From a virus (taxonomy: Duplodnaviria; Caudoviricetes): a stretch of DNA of 64,000 nt. The notes below the pieces were generated by a model that saw only the letters and a list, made by a program, of their open reading frames with translations, was not told the DNA's origin and ran no database searches. This document shows positions 1-9,415 of this stretch, in pieces. The stretch lies in IMG/VR virus record IMGVR_UViG_3300003316_000244, positions 11,191 through 75,190 of that record, one strand, 5' to 3'. Numbering within the stretch: the first letter of the stretch is position 1; each line of letters opens with the position of its first letter. The position numbers and the translations under genes were made by a program.

Positions 1-1
1 A

Positions 2-52
2 GATATGTTTGTTCCAGAACATAGAATTTTAGCTAGTAAATTGTTTATCTAA
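2..52 (+). CDS. 3' end of an upstream gene (…DMFVPEHRILASKLFI*), possibly an NMN adenylyltransferase/Nudix C-terminus
   Basis: Open frame from window edge to TAA at 50-52, 14 nt before NAMPT; identity guessed from context and the EH-x-I/L tail only. Confidence 0.25.
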   Translation, partial: DMFVPEHRILASKLFI

Positions 53-66
53 AAATATAATTAATT

Positions 67-1446
67 ATGAAAAAAGAAAATTTAATATTATTAACAGATA
101 GTTATAAATTTAGTCACGCTTTTGCTTATAATAAAAATGTTACAAAAGTTTATTCATATCTTGAAAGTCGTGGTGGTAAATTTCCATATACTCTATTTTT
201 TGGATTACAATACTATTTAAAAAAATTTTTAGAGGGTAAAGTAATCACTCAAAACGATATTGAAGATGCTCATACTTTTTGTAAAAAACATTTTGGAAGA
301 AATGATGTTTTTAATAGTGATGGTTGGAGAAATTTATTAAAAAAATATGATGGAAAATTACCTTTACATATTAAAGCAGTTGAAGAAGGTTCGATAGTTC
401 CAACTGGAAATGTATTAATGACAATAGAAAATACCGATCCAGAATTTTATTGGTTAACAAATTTTGTTGAAACACTTCTAATGAAAGTTTGGTATCCAAC
501 AACAGTTGCAACACAATCAAGAGAAATAAGAAAAAGAATTAGTGATGCTTTAGAGAAAACTGGAACACCTGAAACAATAAATTTCAAATGTCATGATTTT
601 GGATATCGTGGAGTTAGTAGTGAAGAACAAGCAGGATTAGGTTCTGCAGCACATTTGCTTTCATTTATGGGAACTGATACTATTGCTGGTATAACAATGT
701 TAGAAAATTATTATAATGGAGATATGTCTGGTTTTAGCATTCCAGCAACAGAACATTCAATAATATGTTCTTTTGGAAAAGAAAATGAAATAGAAGCTTA
801 TCGTCATTTTTTAAATGAATATTTTGAAGGTACTATTGCATGTGTTTCGGATACATATAATATTTATAATGCATGTGAAAATATTTGGGGTGGGATTCTA
901 AAAGAAGAAGTATTAAAAAGAAATGGTACATTAGTTATTAGACCAGATTCTGGTGATTATATGGAAGTAGTACCAAAAATTTTAGATATTCTTTGGAATA
1001 AATTTGGTGGTACTATAAATGATAAAGGTTATAAAGTTCTTGATTCACATGTTCGAGTTATTCAAGGTGATGGTATGAATTTACAATCAATAACTGAATT
1101 ATATAGTTTATTAACCAGATTAAAATGGTCTGCAGATAATTTGGCTGTTGGTTCTGGTGGTGGACTTCTTGAAGAAGGTCTTACGAGAGATACTCAAAAA
1201 TTTGCAATTAAAGCATCTGCTGTTCAAATGTATACTGGTGAATGGATTGGAATTCAAAAAACTCCAATCACTGATTCTGGTAAACGTTCTAAAATGGGTA
1301 GACTTAAATTGATAAAAGATCAAAATGATGAATTTAAAACAGTCAATGAAAACGAAGAAGGAACAGATTTACTAAGAACTGTTTTTTTAAATGGTGAATT
1401 ATATAATAAAACTGATATTGAAACTATTAGAGAAAAATGTTTATGA
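67..1446 (+). CDS. nadV: Nicotinamide phosphoribosyltransferase (NAMPT)
   Basis: Motifs TDSYK, HDFGYRG, SIPATEHS, VSDTYN, VIRPDSGD, VIQGDG, GSGGGLL; 459 aa. Confidence 0.93.
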   Translation: MKKENLILLTDSYKFSHAFAYNKNVTKVYSYLESRGGKFPYTLFFGLQYYLKKFLEGKVITQNDIEDAHTFCKKHFGRNDVFNSDGWRNLLKKYDGKLPLHIKAVEEGSIVPTGNVLMTIENTDPEFYWLTNFVETLLMKVWYPTTVATQSREIRKRISDALEKTGTPETINFKCHDFGYRGVSSEEQAGLGSAAHLLSFMGTDTIAGITMLENYYNGDMSGFSIPATEHSIICSFGKENEIEAYRHFLNEYFEGTIACVSDTYNIYNACENIWGGILKEEVLKRNGTLVIRPDSGDYMEVVPKILDILWNKFGGTINDKGYKVLDSHVRVIQGDGMNLQSITELYSLLTRLKWSADNLAVGSGGGLLEEGLTRDTQKFAIKASAVQMYTGEWIGIQKTPITDSGKRSKMGRLKLIKDQNDEFKTVNENEEGTDLLRTVFLNGELYNKTDIETIREKCL

Positions 1447-1877
1447 TTACTGATCCATATTTTTCACATAATTTATCTGTTAAAAGATTATTAGATGTTT
1501 ATAAAAAACATAATACATTATTTATAGCTATTGATTTTGATGATACATTTTATGATTGTCATAATCAAGGATATAAGTTCAACAATGTTATTCAATTAAT
1601 TAAAGATTGTAATAATTTAAATTTTAAAGTAACCATTTTTACAGCATCAAAACCTAGTAGATTTCAATTAATGCTTGATTATTGTGATCAAATAGGAATT
1701 AAAGTAGAAGGAATCAATAAAAATCCAGAAAATCTTCCTGAAGGAATTGGTAGTTCTGGAAAAATTTTTTATAATCTACTTCTAGATGATAGAGCTGGTT
1801 TAGATTCTGCCTATAAAATTTTAAAAGAAGTTGTTGACATAATCAAACAAATTCATATTAATAATGAAAAAATATAA
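1437..1877 (+). CDS. Small cap-less HAD-superfamily phosphatase
   Basis: Motif I AIDFDDT, motif II IFTAS, motif IV LLLDDRAG. Confidence 0.75.
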   Translation: MFMITDPYFSHNLSVKRLLDVYKKHNTLFIAIDFDDTFYDCHNQGYKFNNVIQLIKDCNNLNFKVTIFTASKPSRFQLMLDYCDQIGIKVEGINKNPENLPEGIGSSGKIFYNLLLDDRAGLDSAYKILKEVVDIIKQIHINNEKI

Positions 1878-2367
1878 TAATTCAATAGTTAATGCAATAA
1901 ATAATGCTTTTGTAGAAAAAGAAAAAAGAGGTTGGTCTAAATTATATTTTTTCTTTGATATTCATCAAACAATATTATATCCTGATTACAATAATAATGA
2001 TCCTAAAAGATTTTATAAACATGCTAAAGTTGTATTACAATTTCTTTCAAACCATAAAGATATTGAAATGGGTTTATATACATGTTCATATCCCAATGAG
2101 ATAGATAATTACCTACAATTTTTTAAAGAAAATAATATTAATTTTTTGCATATAAATAAAAATCAAGATGCTAAAGATACAACATATGGTTATTATCAGG
2201 ATAAACCATATTATAATGTCTTATTTGAAGATAAGGCTGGTTTTGATGCTGAAACAGATTGGTTAGAAATAAAAAAATATTTTAATATTAAAACCATAGA
2301 AGATGCTAAATTGGAACGTGATTGGGAAATGATTCATAAAATCAATAGTATTTTGAGAGGATGGTAA
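1864..2367 (+). CDS. HAD-like protein, paralog of preceding gene with DxH in motif I
   Basis: FFDIHQT, LYTCS, VLFEDKAG in the same spacing as 1437..1877. Confidence 0.6.
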   Translation: MKKYNNSIVNAINNAFVEKEKRGWSKLYFFFDIHQTILYPDYNNNDPKRFYKHAKVVLQFLSNHKDIEMGLYTCSYPNEIDNYLQFFKENNINFLHINKNQDAKDTTYGYYQDKPYYNVLFEDKAGFDAETDWLEIKKYFNIKTIEDAKLERDWEMIHKINSILRGW

Positions 2368-3338
2368 ATAAAATTTTAAATATGACAAAAGACGAAGCAA
2401 TAAACTTAATTAATAATGCTAAATCATTAGTTGATGTTTTTCCCGATTTGAGTGTATGGAAAAATCAATATAAAAAATTAGCAATGCTTATTCATCCAGA
2501 CCATTGTAATACAACCGAAGCAGAACAAGCATTTAAAATTCTTGCAGAATTTGTTTCTAAAATAGAAAAAGGAAGTAAACATAATGATGACTCAGGAGAA
2601 ATAAAATATAAAATTATTGATGCATCAATTCTTGATAATTTATCAACAATTAAATCAGTTCTTGGAGTAAAAGAATTACCTATTGTAACAGAGTTAATCC
2701 TTAAAGGAAAACCTGAATTAAATAAAATTTCATTATATAATTATAATATATTAACAAATCTGAAAGATAAATCTTCAGAACATTTTAAAAAATATTTACC
2801 AATATCTATTACCAAAATATCTGATAACGAATTAAAAATCATATTACCATATAGAGCTGTTCCCCTTTCAAGTTTAGGTGTTTTACCTCAAGAACATGTT
2901 AATTGGATTCTGAGTAGAATGTTAGAATTTTCTTCTTGGTTGAATCAAATAAAATTTGTCCATGGAGGAATCAATCCAGATAGTATATACATAATTCCAG
3001 AAAATCATGGTATGATTTGTACATCATTTTATCATATGAGTAAATTAGATGATAAAATGAAAACAATATCAGGTAAATATTCACAATTTTATCCTTCAAA
3101 AGTTTTTACATCAAAAAAAGCAACTTCAGATATCGATATTGAACTTTCAAAAAGAAGTGCAATTTATTTATTAGGTGATACTTCTGGTGCAGGTATAAAA
3201 TTAAAGAAAACACATAATGTTAATATATTAGATTTTATATTTAAAAATCATAATATACCTTTAAATGCATATAAAGAATATAGAGAAATTTTAAATAAAA
3301 ATTATGATATGAAAAAGTTTCATGTTTTAAAAGCGTAA
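2361..3338 (+). CDS. J-domain (DnaJ-like) protein fused to a degenerate protein-kinase-like domain
   Basis: YKKLAMLIHPDHC (intact HPD); HGGINPDSIYI resembles a kinase catalytic loop lacking the catalytic Asp. Confidence 0.65.
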   Translation: MVNKILNMTKDEAINLINNAKSLVDVFPDLSVWKNQYKKLAMLIHPDHCNTTEAEQAFKILAEFVSKIEKGSKHNDDSGEIKYKIIDASILDNLSTIKSVLGVKELPIVTELILKGKPELNKISLYNYNILTNLKDKSSEHFKKYLPISITKISDNELKIILPYRAVPLSSLGVLPQEHVNWILSRMLEFSSWLNQIKFVHGGINPDSIYIIPENHGMICTSFYHMSKLDDKMKTISGKYSQFYPSKVFTSKKATSDIDIELSKRSAIYLLGDTSGAGIKLKKTHNVNILDFIFKNHNIPLNAYKEYREILNKNYDMKKFHVLKA

Positions 3339-3370
3339 ATAATAATTAAAATAAACAAAAATTAAAAATT

Positions 3371-4291
3371 ATGGGATATTCAAATTGGTCAAATGATGCT
3401 TATGCAAATTTAAGCTCATCTTATGCTAGTAAATCTACTAATGATATTTTTACAAGCAACAAAACTCGTAAAGCTGATGATTCTTTTACTCCAGATAAAA
3501 TTACATTCAGAGAGTCTAGAGATAGTGTAGAACATCCAAATTCTGTTGCAGTTGCTGTCTTTTTGGATGTAACTGGAAGTATGGGAGAAATACCAGAAAA
3601 AATGGTACGTGAAAATCTTGGAACATTAATGAATACATTAATTAAACACGAAGTAAATGATGCTCATGTGTTATTTGGTGCAATTGGTGATCATTACAGT
3701 GATAGATTTCCACTTCAAATTGGTCAATTTGAAACAGGTACTATAGAATTAGATCAAAGTTTAACAAAACTTTATCTTGAAGGTGGAGGTGGTGGAACAC
3801 AACAAGAATCATATCTTCTTGCTTGGTTATTTGCTGCAAGACATACATCAATTGATTGTTTTGAAAAAAGAAATCAAAAGGGTATATTGTTTACCATTGG
3901 TGACGAAAAATCACATAGTAAAATTGAAGCGGATAAATTAAAATCATTAATGGGATATACTCAAGCAGATACGTTAACCGATGAAGAACTTTTAAATGAA
4001 GTTAAAAGAATGTATCATGTATTTCATATTCATATTAATGAAGCATCATATAAAAACAATCCAAACATATTAAATTATTGGAAAAATCTTCTTGGAGAAC
4101 GGTTGATTATTCTTGATGACCATAATAGAGTTGCAGAAATTATTGCATCTACTGTTGCAGTAATACATGGTGCCGATTTAAATAACATTATATCAGGATT
4201 TAATCCATCTGTTGCTCTTACTGTAAAAAATGCTCTTGCTAAAGTAGATTTGTCTGTTTCAAAAACAAATGATAGTGTCATAAATCTTTAA
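3371..4291 (+). CDS. von Willebrand factor A (vWA) domain protein
   Basis: MIDAS-like VFLDVTGSMG, GGGGGTQQESY, LFTIGDE. Confidence 0.8.
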   Translation: MGYSNWSNDAYANLSSSYASKSTNDIFTSNKTRKADDSFTPDKITFRESRDSVEHPNSVAVAVFLDVTGSMGEIPEKMVRENLGTLMNTLIKHEVNDAHVLFGAIGDHYSDRFPLQIGQFETGTIELDQSLTKLYLEGGGGGTQQESYLLAWLFAARHTSIDCFEKRNQKGILFTIGDEKSHSKIEADKLKSLMGYTQADTLTDEELLNEVKRMYHVFHIHINEASYKNNPNILNYWKNLLGERLIILDDHNRVAEIIASTVAVIHGADLNNIISGFNPSVALTVKNALAKVDLSVSKTNDSVINL

Positions 4292-4300
4292 TAATATTAA

Positions 4301-5443
4301 ATGAAAAAAAATATTGTAATAGGTTTGGGTTTTGGAGATGAAGGTAAGGGGTTAATGACCTCTTACCTCGTTTCTAAATCACTTAAACCATTAGTCATTA
4401 GATTTAATGGTGGACAACAAGCAGGTCATACTGTTTCTTTTAATAATAAAAGACATGTATTTTCAAATTTTGGATCAGGTACATTACAAAATGCTCCAAC
4501 TTATTGGTCAGAATTTTGCACAATTGATCCTCTTGCTTTATTTAATGAATATAATAGTTTAAAAAATTTAGGTTTTTTAAATCCTGAATTAATTATTGAT
4601 CCATTATGTATGGTTACAACACCATTTGACATTACTGCAAATCACATATATGAATCAACAAAAAAACATGGTTCTTGTGGTGTTGGTTTTGGGCAAACAA
4701 TAAAACGAAATGAAGATAATTATAAACTTCATGCTATTGATATGCTCTATCCTGAAATTTTAAAAGAAAAATTAAAAAATATTATGAATTATTATAATTT
4801 AATAAATCATAATAATATTATTGAAAATTTTCTTAATTATGTCAAATTATTAATTCATAATTCTATTATTAAAATAGAAAAACCAAATTTTATTAAATAT
4901 GATGAATTAATATTTGAAGGTGCCCAAGGAGTAATGCTTGACATGGATTTTGGATTTTTCCCAAATGTAACAAGATCAAATACTACAAGTAAAAATGCTT
5001 TCACTATTTTAAAAAATAATAAATTAACTACTGATGATGTAGAGATAAATTATGTGAGTAGAGTTTATCAAACAAGACATGGTAATGGTTATATGACAAA
5101 TGAAGACTACCCACTTCATTTAAAAAATAATGAAAATGAGACAAATGTAAATAATAAATATCAAGGTAAATTCAGAATTGGTGCTTTAGATATTAATTTA
5201 CTTAATTATGCGTTGATGATCGATGATACTTTTTCATATAATCAAAAGAAAAACATATTATTCACCTGCTTAGATCAAGTTCAATCACCAACTTCAATAT
5301 CCTGTAGTTTAAATAATGTTGTTAGAACTATGAGTTTAGACGGAATTCTTTCAGAATTAAAATTTGAATTTAATAATATCCATACTTCTTACGGACCAAG
5401 TTATTCAAATATTGTAGAATTCATACCAAAATTATTTTTCTAA
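4301..5443 (+). CDS. purA: Adenylosuccinate synthetase-like protein (short, divergent)
   Basis: GLGFGDEGKG, RFNGGQQAGHTV, IFEGAQGVMLD, FPNVTRSNTT; 380 aa. Confidence 0.8.
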   Translation: MKKNIVIGLGFGDEGKGLMTSYLVSKSLKPLVIRFNGGQQAGHTVSFNNKRHVFSNFGSGTLQNAPTYWSEFCTIDPLALFNEYNSLKNLGFLNPELIIDPLCMVTTPFDITANHIYESTKKHGSCGVGFGQTIKRNEDNYKLHAIDMLYPEILKEKLKNIMNYYNLINHNNIIENFLNYVKLLIHNSIIKIEKPNFIKYDELIFEGAQGVMLDMDFGFFPNVTRSNTTSKNAFTILKNNKLTTDDVEINYVSRVYQTRHGNGYMTNEDYPLHLKNNENETNVNNKYQGKFRIGALDINLLNYALMIDDTFSYNQKKNILFTCLDQVQSPTSISCSLNNVVRTMSLDGILSELKFEFNNIHTSYGPSYSNIVEFIPKLFF

Positions 5444-5450
5444 TAAAATT

Positions 5451-5481
5451 AATAACATTTTGATCATTATAATCGTATAAT
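5451..5481 (+). promoter_or_regulatory. ECF-sigma-like promoter motif copy 1 (TAAC-A-TTTTG-N8-AATCGTATAAT)
   Basis: Same spacing and 11-bp identity with the copy at 6047-6078; AAC-N17-CGT architecture. Confidence 0.4.
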
Positions 5482-6052
5482 GATCATGAAAAAATATTTA
5501 TTTTTAACACTTTTCTTATTTCCAAATATCCTGTTTGGACAACAGGTTCTTTATGAACCTCATATTAATATATTAGAAACAAATAAAACTAATGAAATCA
5601 AATGGCTTAATTATTCAGATAAACCATTTGATTATATCTTAGATAGATACATTACGTTCATTAATCCAGATAATGATGATCTAGTTAATGAACTAGTTAC
5701 AATACAAATAATTGCAATTGGAAAGAATAAAAAAAGGATATTAGACACTTTTTATTGTAATATTGGAGAAAATAATTCTAATCATCTCTATTCCTTTTTA
5801 AGGATAAAAGAAAATGAGAATTTAATTTTTGAAATTAATTATTCTTCAATTGACCATCCTAAATTAATTTTTGATATTTTTTCTAAATCTAAAGAAAATA
5901 ATCTAACAAAAAAGAATGAAAATAAGGAGATTTTTATTATAAACGATAAAAAATTTAAAGAAAAACCTTTAAAAAAACACAAAAATCAAGATAAATCATT
6001 CCTTTTTAAGGCATTAAAATTTACAGTAGAACTTTCTTCAAATTTATTGTAA
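5480..6052 (+). CDS. Secreted protein with Sec signal peptide (probable start 5486)
   Basis: MKKYLFLTLFLFPNILFG|QQ; Gln at +1 is typical of Bacteroidota SPase I substrates. Confidence 0.6.
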   Translation: MIMKKYLFLTLFLFPNILFGQQVLYEPHINILETNKTNEIKWLNYSDKPFDYILDRYITFINPDNDDLVNELVTIQIIAIGKNKKRILDTFYCNIGENNSNHLYSFLRIKENENLIFEINYSSIDHPKLIFDIFSKSKENNLTKKNENKEIFIINDKKFKEKPLKKHKNQDKSFLFKALKFTVELSSNLL

Positions 6053-6078
6053 CCTTTTGTAACCGACAATCGTATAAT
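6047..6078 (+). promoter_or_regulatory. ECF-sigma-like promoter motif copy 2 (TGTAAC-C-TTTTG-N8-AATCGTATAAT)
   Basis: Matches the motif at 5451-5481; ~30 nt upstream of the lipoprotein gene. Confidence 0.45.
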
Positions 6079-6108
6079 AATCAGAAATCAACAATTAAAT
6101 AAAAAATT

Positions 6109-6633
6109 ATGAAAAAACAAACAATTTCTTATCTTTTGATCGCCTTTGCGATGATGTTCGTACTTTCAAGTTGTGGTGATAAAACTGATGATCCACAGCC
6201 TGTAGTAAAAACTGATCTTCAAAAAGTTCAGGAAGCAGTAAGTGGTTCAACATGGGTATTAATTTCAGCAGATGTTGTTACTAATGGAAAAACATATCAC
6301 TATAATGGTGATTGTAACTTCTCAGTCTTTAACGATCTTGGCGATAAAGCTGCAGCAACATCTACAAATACTGTAGACTTTACCTATATTTTTAATGGAA
6401 TATCACTCTCTTATACTCAAGAATGTGGTTCACAAACTGGAACTAATATACCATACACAATTGCTGAAAATTCTGGAAAATTTACACTTACATACAAACA
6501 TGGAACAGCAAATGTAATATTTGAATTGGTAACTCCAGTAGATGAATTAAAAACTGCAACATCTGTCACAGTTAAACTTTTAACATTGAATGCAGGAGCA
6601 ACTTCTTCAACTCTAGTTTATAAGAAATCTTAA
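6109..6633 (+). CDS. Bacteroidota-type lipoprotein, possibly a lipocalin-like beta-barrel
   Basis: Signal peptide ending LSSC followed by acidic GDKTDD; GSTWVLIS resembles the lipocalin GxW strand. Confidence 0.7.
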   Translation: MKKQTISYLLIAFAMMFVLSSCGDKTDDPQPVVKTDLQKVQEAVSGSTWVLISADVVTNGKTYHYNGDCNFSVFNDLGDKAAATSTNTVDFTYIFNGISLSYTQECGSQTGTNIPYTIAENSGKFTLTYKHGTANVIFELVTPVDELKTATSVTVKLLTLNAGATSSTLVYKKS

Positions 6634-6654
6634 TTCTAATTATACTCTATACCT

Positions 6655-6685
6655 AAAAAGCCACTAAATTTTAGTGGCTTTTTTT
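6655..6685. terminator. Bidirectional intrinsic terminator
   Basis: AAAAAGCCACTAA/TTAGTGGCTTTTT inverted repeat between convergent genes. Confidence 0.85.
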
Positions 6686-8744
6686 ATATAGATACAATAC
6701 CATTGTCAACTAAAAATTGTAGTATATCAGCATTTTTTATGCCTCTATAAAAATATTTTACAGTTCCAGTTGATGGGTAATTCCCAAGTAATGGATTGGT
6801 TGAAAATACTAAATCATTACTCGAAAAACCTTTTGAGTCTGGTATATTAGTCAATATATTAACCAAGTCAGCAGTTGGAACTTCAGTGAATGTTGTTTTA
6901 TATAAATCTGATCTTAAAAAATAAGAAGTATCTTTTCTTAATCCAACAACTCTATAATTATTTTCAATTGTCATATCAGTTGAATCTCCATTGTCGCTAG
7001 TCAACAACCTAGTAACATCATATATACCATTTGTATAATTATAAATTTGAGGATAATAAGTACACATATTTAACCACTCTGCACCAAATACTGGAACATT
7101 ATTAATCGTTTCATCACCACCAGTTCCAATTTTTTCATAATTAGCAGTAGCATTTGCTGGTAGTTCTTCAGTTTCATCATCAGTTGAGATGGTTGCTAAC
7201 ACACCAGCATTTCTCCAAACATTAGTTCCAATTTGATTAAAAGTGGCACCATCAGCTAATGTTTCACTAGTTGTTGCCTGAAAAGTTGAAATCGTGTAAA
7301 GCTTTCCACCTGTAAATGTATAGGTTTGTTTTCTCCATATTTCATTTAACTCTTTACGTTCTTCAACTGTCTTACCTGCAACTATACCACTTCTTTCTGA
7401 AGTAAATGTATTACCTAAAACATCTGTAGACTGTGGTATCTTAAGCCTACCTCTATCTGCTCTATTTCTATCACTTCTTGGTTTATCTGATGGATCATTT
7501 CTAATTGTTAACTCAGGAGCATAATCAATAATAAACATACCACAAAACTCAGTAAATACACCATTAGGATCATCATCAGTAGTTAAAACTAAATCACCTG
7601 TTGTTTGATCAAATATTTTTTTAGTCCTATTACATGGTAATGTTAATATAAACATACCATCATCCAATATTTCATTATATTGTGATTTATCAAGTAATAC
7701 AATATTTTTTTGTGTATCAAAATTACCTGATGCAATATCTTCACTACTAATTGTATTTGGTATAGTATATACTTCAATACTAAAATTACCATTTCGTCTG
7801 GAAAAAATACCCGTATTAAATTTTACACCAGCATTTATATTTCCATCAAAATCAGATGATTTATTAATACCCATTGCTGATGATGAATCATCTCTATTAC
7901 CAAAAAATGTATCTGATCCCCATATGGCTTCATGATTATCCGTAAATCCTGCACCAAATACAATAACAGATGAAACTAATGTTGCTCTTAATTTAAAATC
8001 TTGTCGGGTAATTCCAATTTCAAAATTATTTTCATCACCCCAAAATGGTTTAACATCAACTGATATTGTTTGTAATTCAACATTAGGTAATATATCTAAA
8101 TCTGTGGTTTTCTTTATTTTATTACCATCAAACAAACTAGCACTATATCCTAATTGACTTATCATTGTTCCGGGTGTCATTGAAAATCTCCCGATGTCAG
8201 TAATATCAACTGACATATGAACATCCTGAACTCCAATCGGAACACCAAATATCATATAATCACCAATTTCATTACTAACAGTTGTATACTTATAATACTT
8301 TTCATAAACTTCCAAAAATGTTGGGTTGGTTAATATCTCTTCCTTTGTTGGAAAACTACCTACCGGAACTGGTGGTGATACTGCACCCTGTGTTAAAAAT
8401 TGATTTCCCTGTGAAACTCTAGGTAATAAATTATATTTTTTACCATCATTATCTTTATCTCTTGTTGATTCATAAGGATATATTGATAATATATCAGGAT
8501 TCAATTTATCATCATCTGTAATTGGAATGAATACTGATATTTTAGCATTTGGAACACCAATATTATTATTGGCTTGAACTTTTCCAACTAACACACCATA
8601 ATCTGCATTAAAACTAGAATAAACTTCTGATTGGGATAATTTTAATGAAAGTATTTCTAATGTATCAAAATCCTGATCAAGTTTAATCTTTATATATTTA
8701 TCTGAAGGATTTTTATCAAGCTTAATTTTTATGTTTTTATTCAT
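6684..8744 (-). CDS. Putative virion structural protein (686 aa), N-terminal carboxypeptidase-regulatory-like beta region
   Basis: Long ORF divergent from tail tube with a TATTTAT motif upstream; GVLVGKV..GVPNAKISVFIP and GDYMIFGVPIG. Confidence 0.5.
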   Translation of the reverse strand: MNKNIKIKLDKNPSDKYIKIKLDQDFDTLEILSLKLSQSEVYSSFNADYGVLVGKVQANNNIGVPNAKISVFIPITDDDKLNPDILSIYPYESTRDKDNDGKKYNLLPRVSQGNQFLTQGAVSPPVPVGSFPTKEEILTNPTFLEVYEKYYKYTTVSNEIGDYMIFGVPIGVQDVHMSVDITDIGRFSMTPGTMISQLGYSASLFDGNKIKKTTDLDILPNVELQTISVDVKPFWGDENNFEIGITRQDFKLRATLVSSVIVFGAGFTDNHEAIWGSDTFFGNRDDSSSAMGINKSSDFDGNINAGVKFNTGIFSRRNGNFSIEVYTIPNTISSEDIASGNFDTQKNIVLLDKSQYNEILDDGMFILTLPCNRTKKIFDQTTGDLVLTTDDDPNGVFTEFCGMFIIDYAPELTIRNDPSDKPRSDRNRADRGRLKIPQSTDVLGNTFTSERSGIVAGKTVEERKELNEIWRKQTYTFTGGKLYTISTFQATTSETLADGATFNQIGTNVWRNAGVLATISTDDETEELPANATANYEKIGTGGDETINNVPVFGAEWLNMCTYYPQIYNYTNGIYDVTRLLTSDNGDSTDMTIENNYRVVGLRKDTSYFLRSDLYKTTFTEVPTADLVNILTNIPDSKGFSSNDLVFSTNPLLGNYPSTGTVKYFYRGIKNADILQFLVDNGIVSI

Positions 8745-8801
8745 TTAAGAATCAATATTTTATATAAATATAATCATTTAGTATAATAAATTATTTCAAA
8801 T

Positions 8802-8810
8802 AGTATTTAT
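8802..8810 (+). promoter_or_regulatory. Putative late-promoter motif AGTATTTAT upstream of tail tube
   Basis: Same motif recurs upstream of many structural genes. Confidence 0.55.
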
Positions 8811-8849
8811 CTGTATAAAATAAATATTAATTAAAAAAAAATATAAAAA

Positions 8850-9341
8850 ATGGCAAATCAATTAACTAGAGGTGTACCATTTGAATATGAACCTAAACGA
8901 GAAAATAGATTCTTTGTTGAATTTCCAGATGAACTCGGTATTGAAGTTTGGAAGGTTCAAACTATTAAAAGACCTCAAATAAATATTAACTCTGTTGAAA
9001 TTCCTTTTATTAATGAATCTCAATGGGTAGCGGGTAGATATACTTGGCAACCAATGGATATTACTTTTATTGATACTATTGGTCCAACAACTTCAACCCA
9101 ATTAATGGAATGGGTTCGTTTACATGCTGAATCCCTTACAGGGAGAATGGGGTACGCTCAGGGATATAAAAAGAATTTAATTTTAAAATCATTAGACCCA
9201 ACTGGTGTTGAGATAGAAAAGTGGTTTCTTGAGCAATGTATGATTACTAGTGCTGATTTTGGTAACAATGATATGAGTTCTGATGCATTACAAAATATAA
9301 CACTTACATTGCAACCTTATAGATGTATATTAAACTTCTAA
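8850..9341 (+). CDS. Tail tube protein (T4 gp19-like)
   Basis: EPKRENRFFVEFP, GRYTWQPMDITF, YKKNLILKSLDPTGVEIEKW; 163 aa; near sheath gene. Confidence 0.85.
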   Translation: MANQLTRGVPFEYEPKRENRFFVEFPDELGIEVWKVQTIKRPQININSVEIPFINESQWVAGRYTWQPMDITFIDTIGPTTSTQLMEWVRLHAESLTGRMGYAQGYKKNLILKSLDPTGVEIEKWFLEQCMITSADFGNNDMSSDALQNITLTLQPYRCILNF

Positions 9342-9357
9342 AATATTAATTATAATT

Positions 9358-9394
9358 AAAAAGAGAAATATAAAATTTATATTTCTCTTTTTTT
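9358..9394. terminator. Bidirectional intrinsic terminator
   Basis: AAAAAGAGAAATATAAA/TTTATATTTCTCTTTTT inverted repeat between convergent tube and endonuclease genes. Confidence 0.85.
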
Positions 9395-9415
9395 ATGGAA
9401 ATTTGATTATAAACA

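Noticed and set aside
4301-5443. PurZ / 2-aminoadenine (Z-genome) synthesis
   Set aside because: The catalytic Asp in GDEGKG is retained, whereas PurZ has Ser there; no companion dATPase or MazZ-like genes recognised in the window
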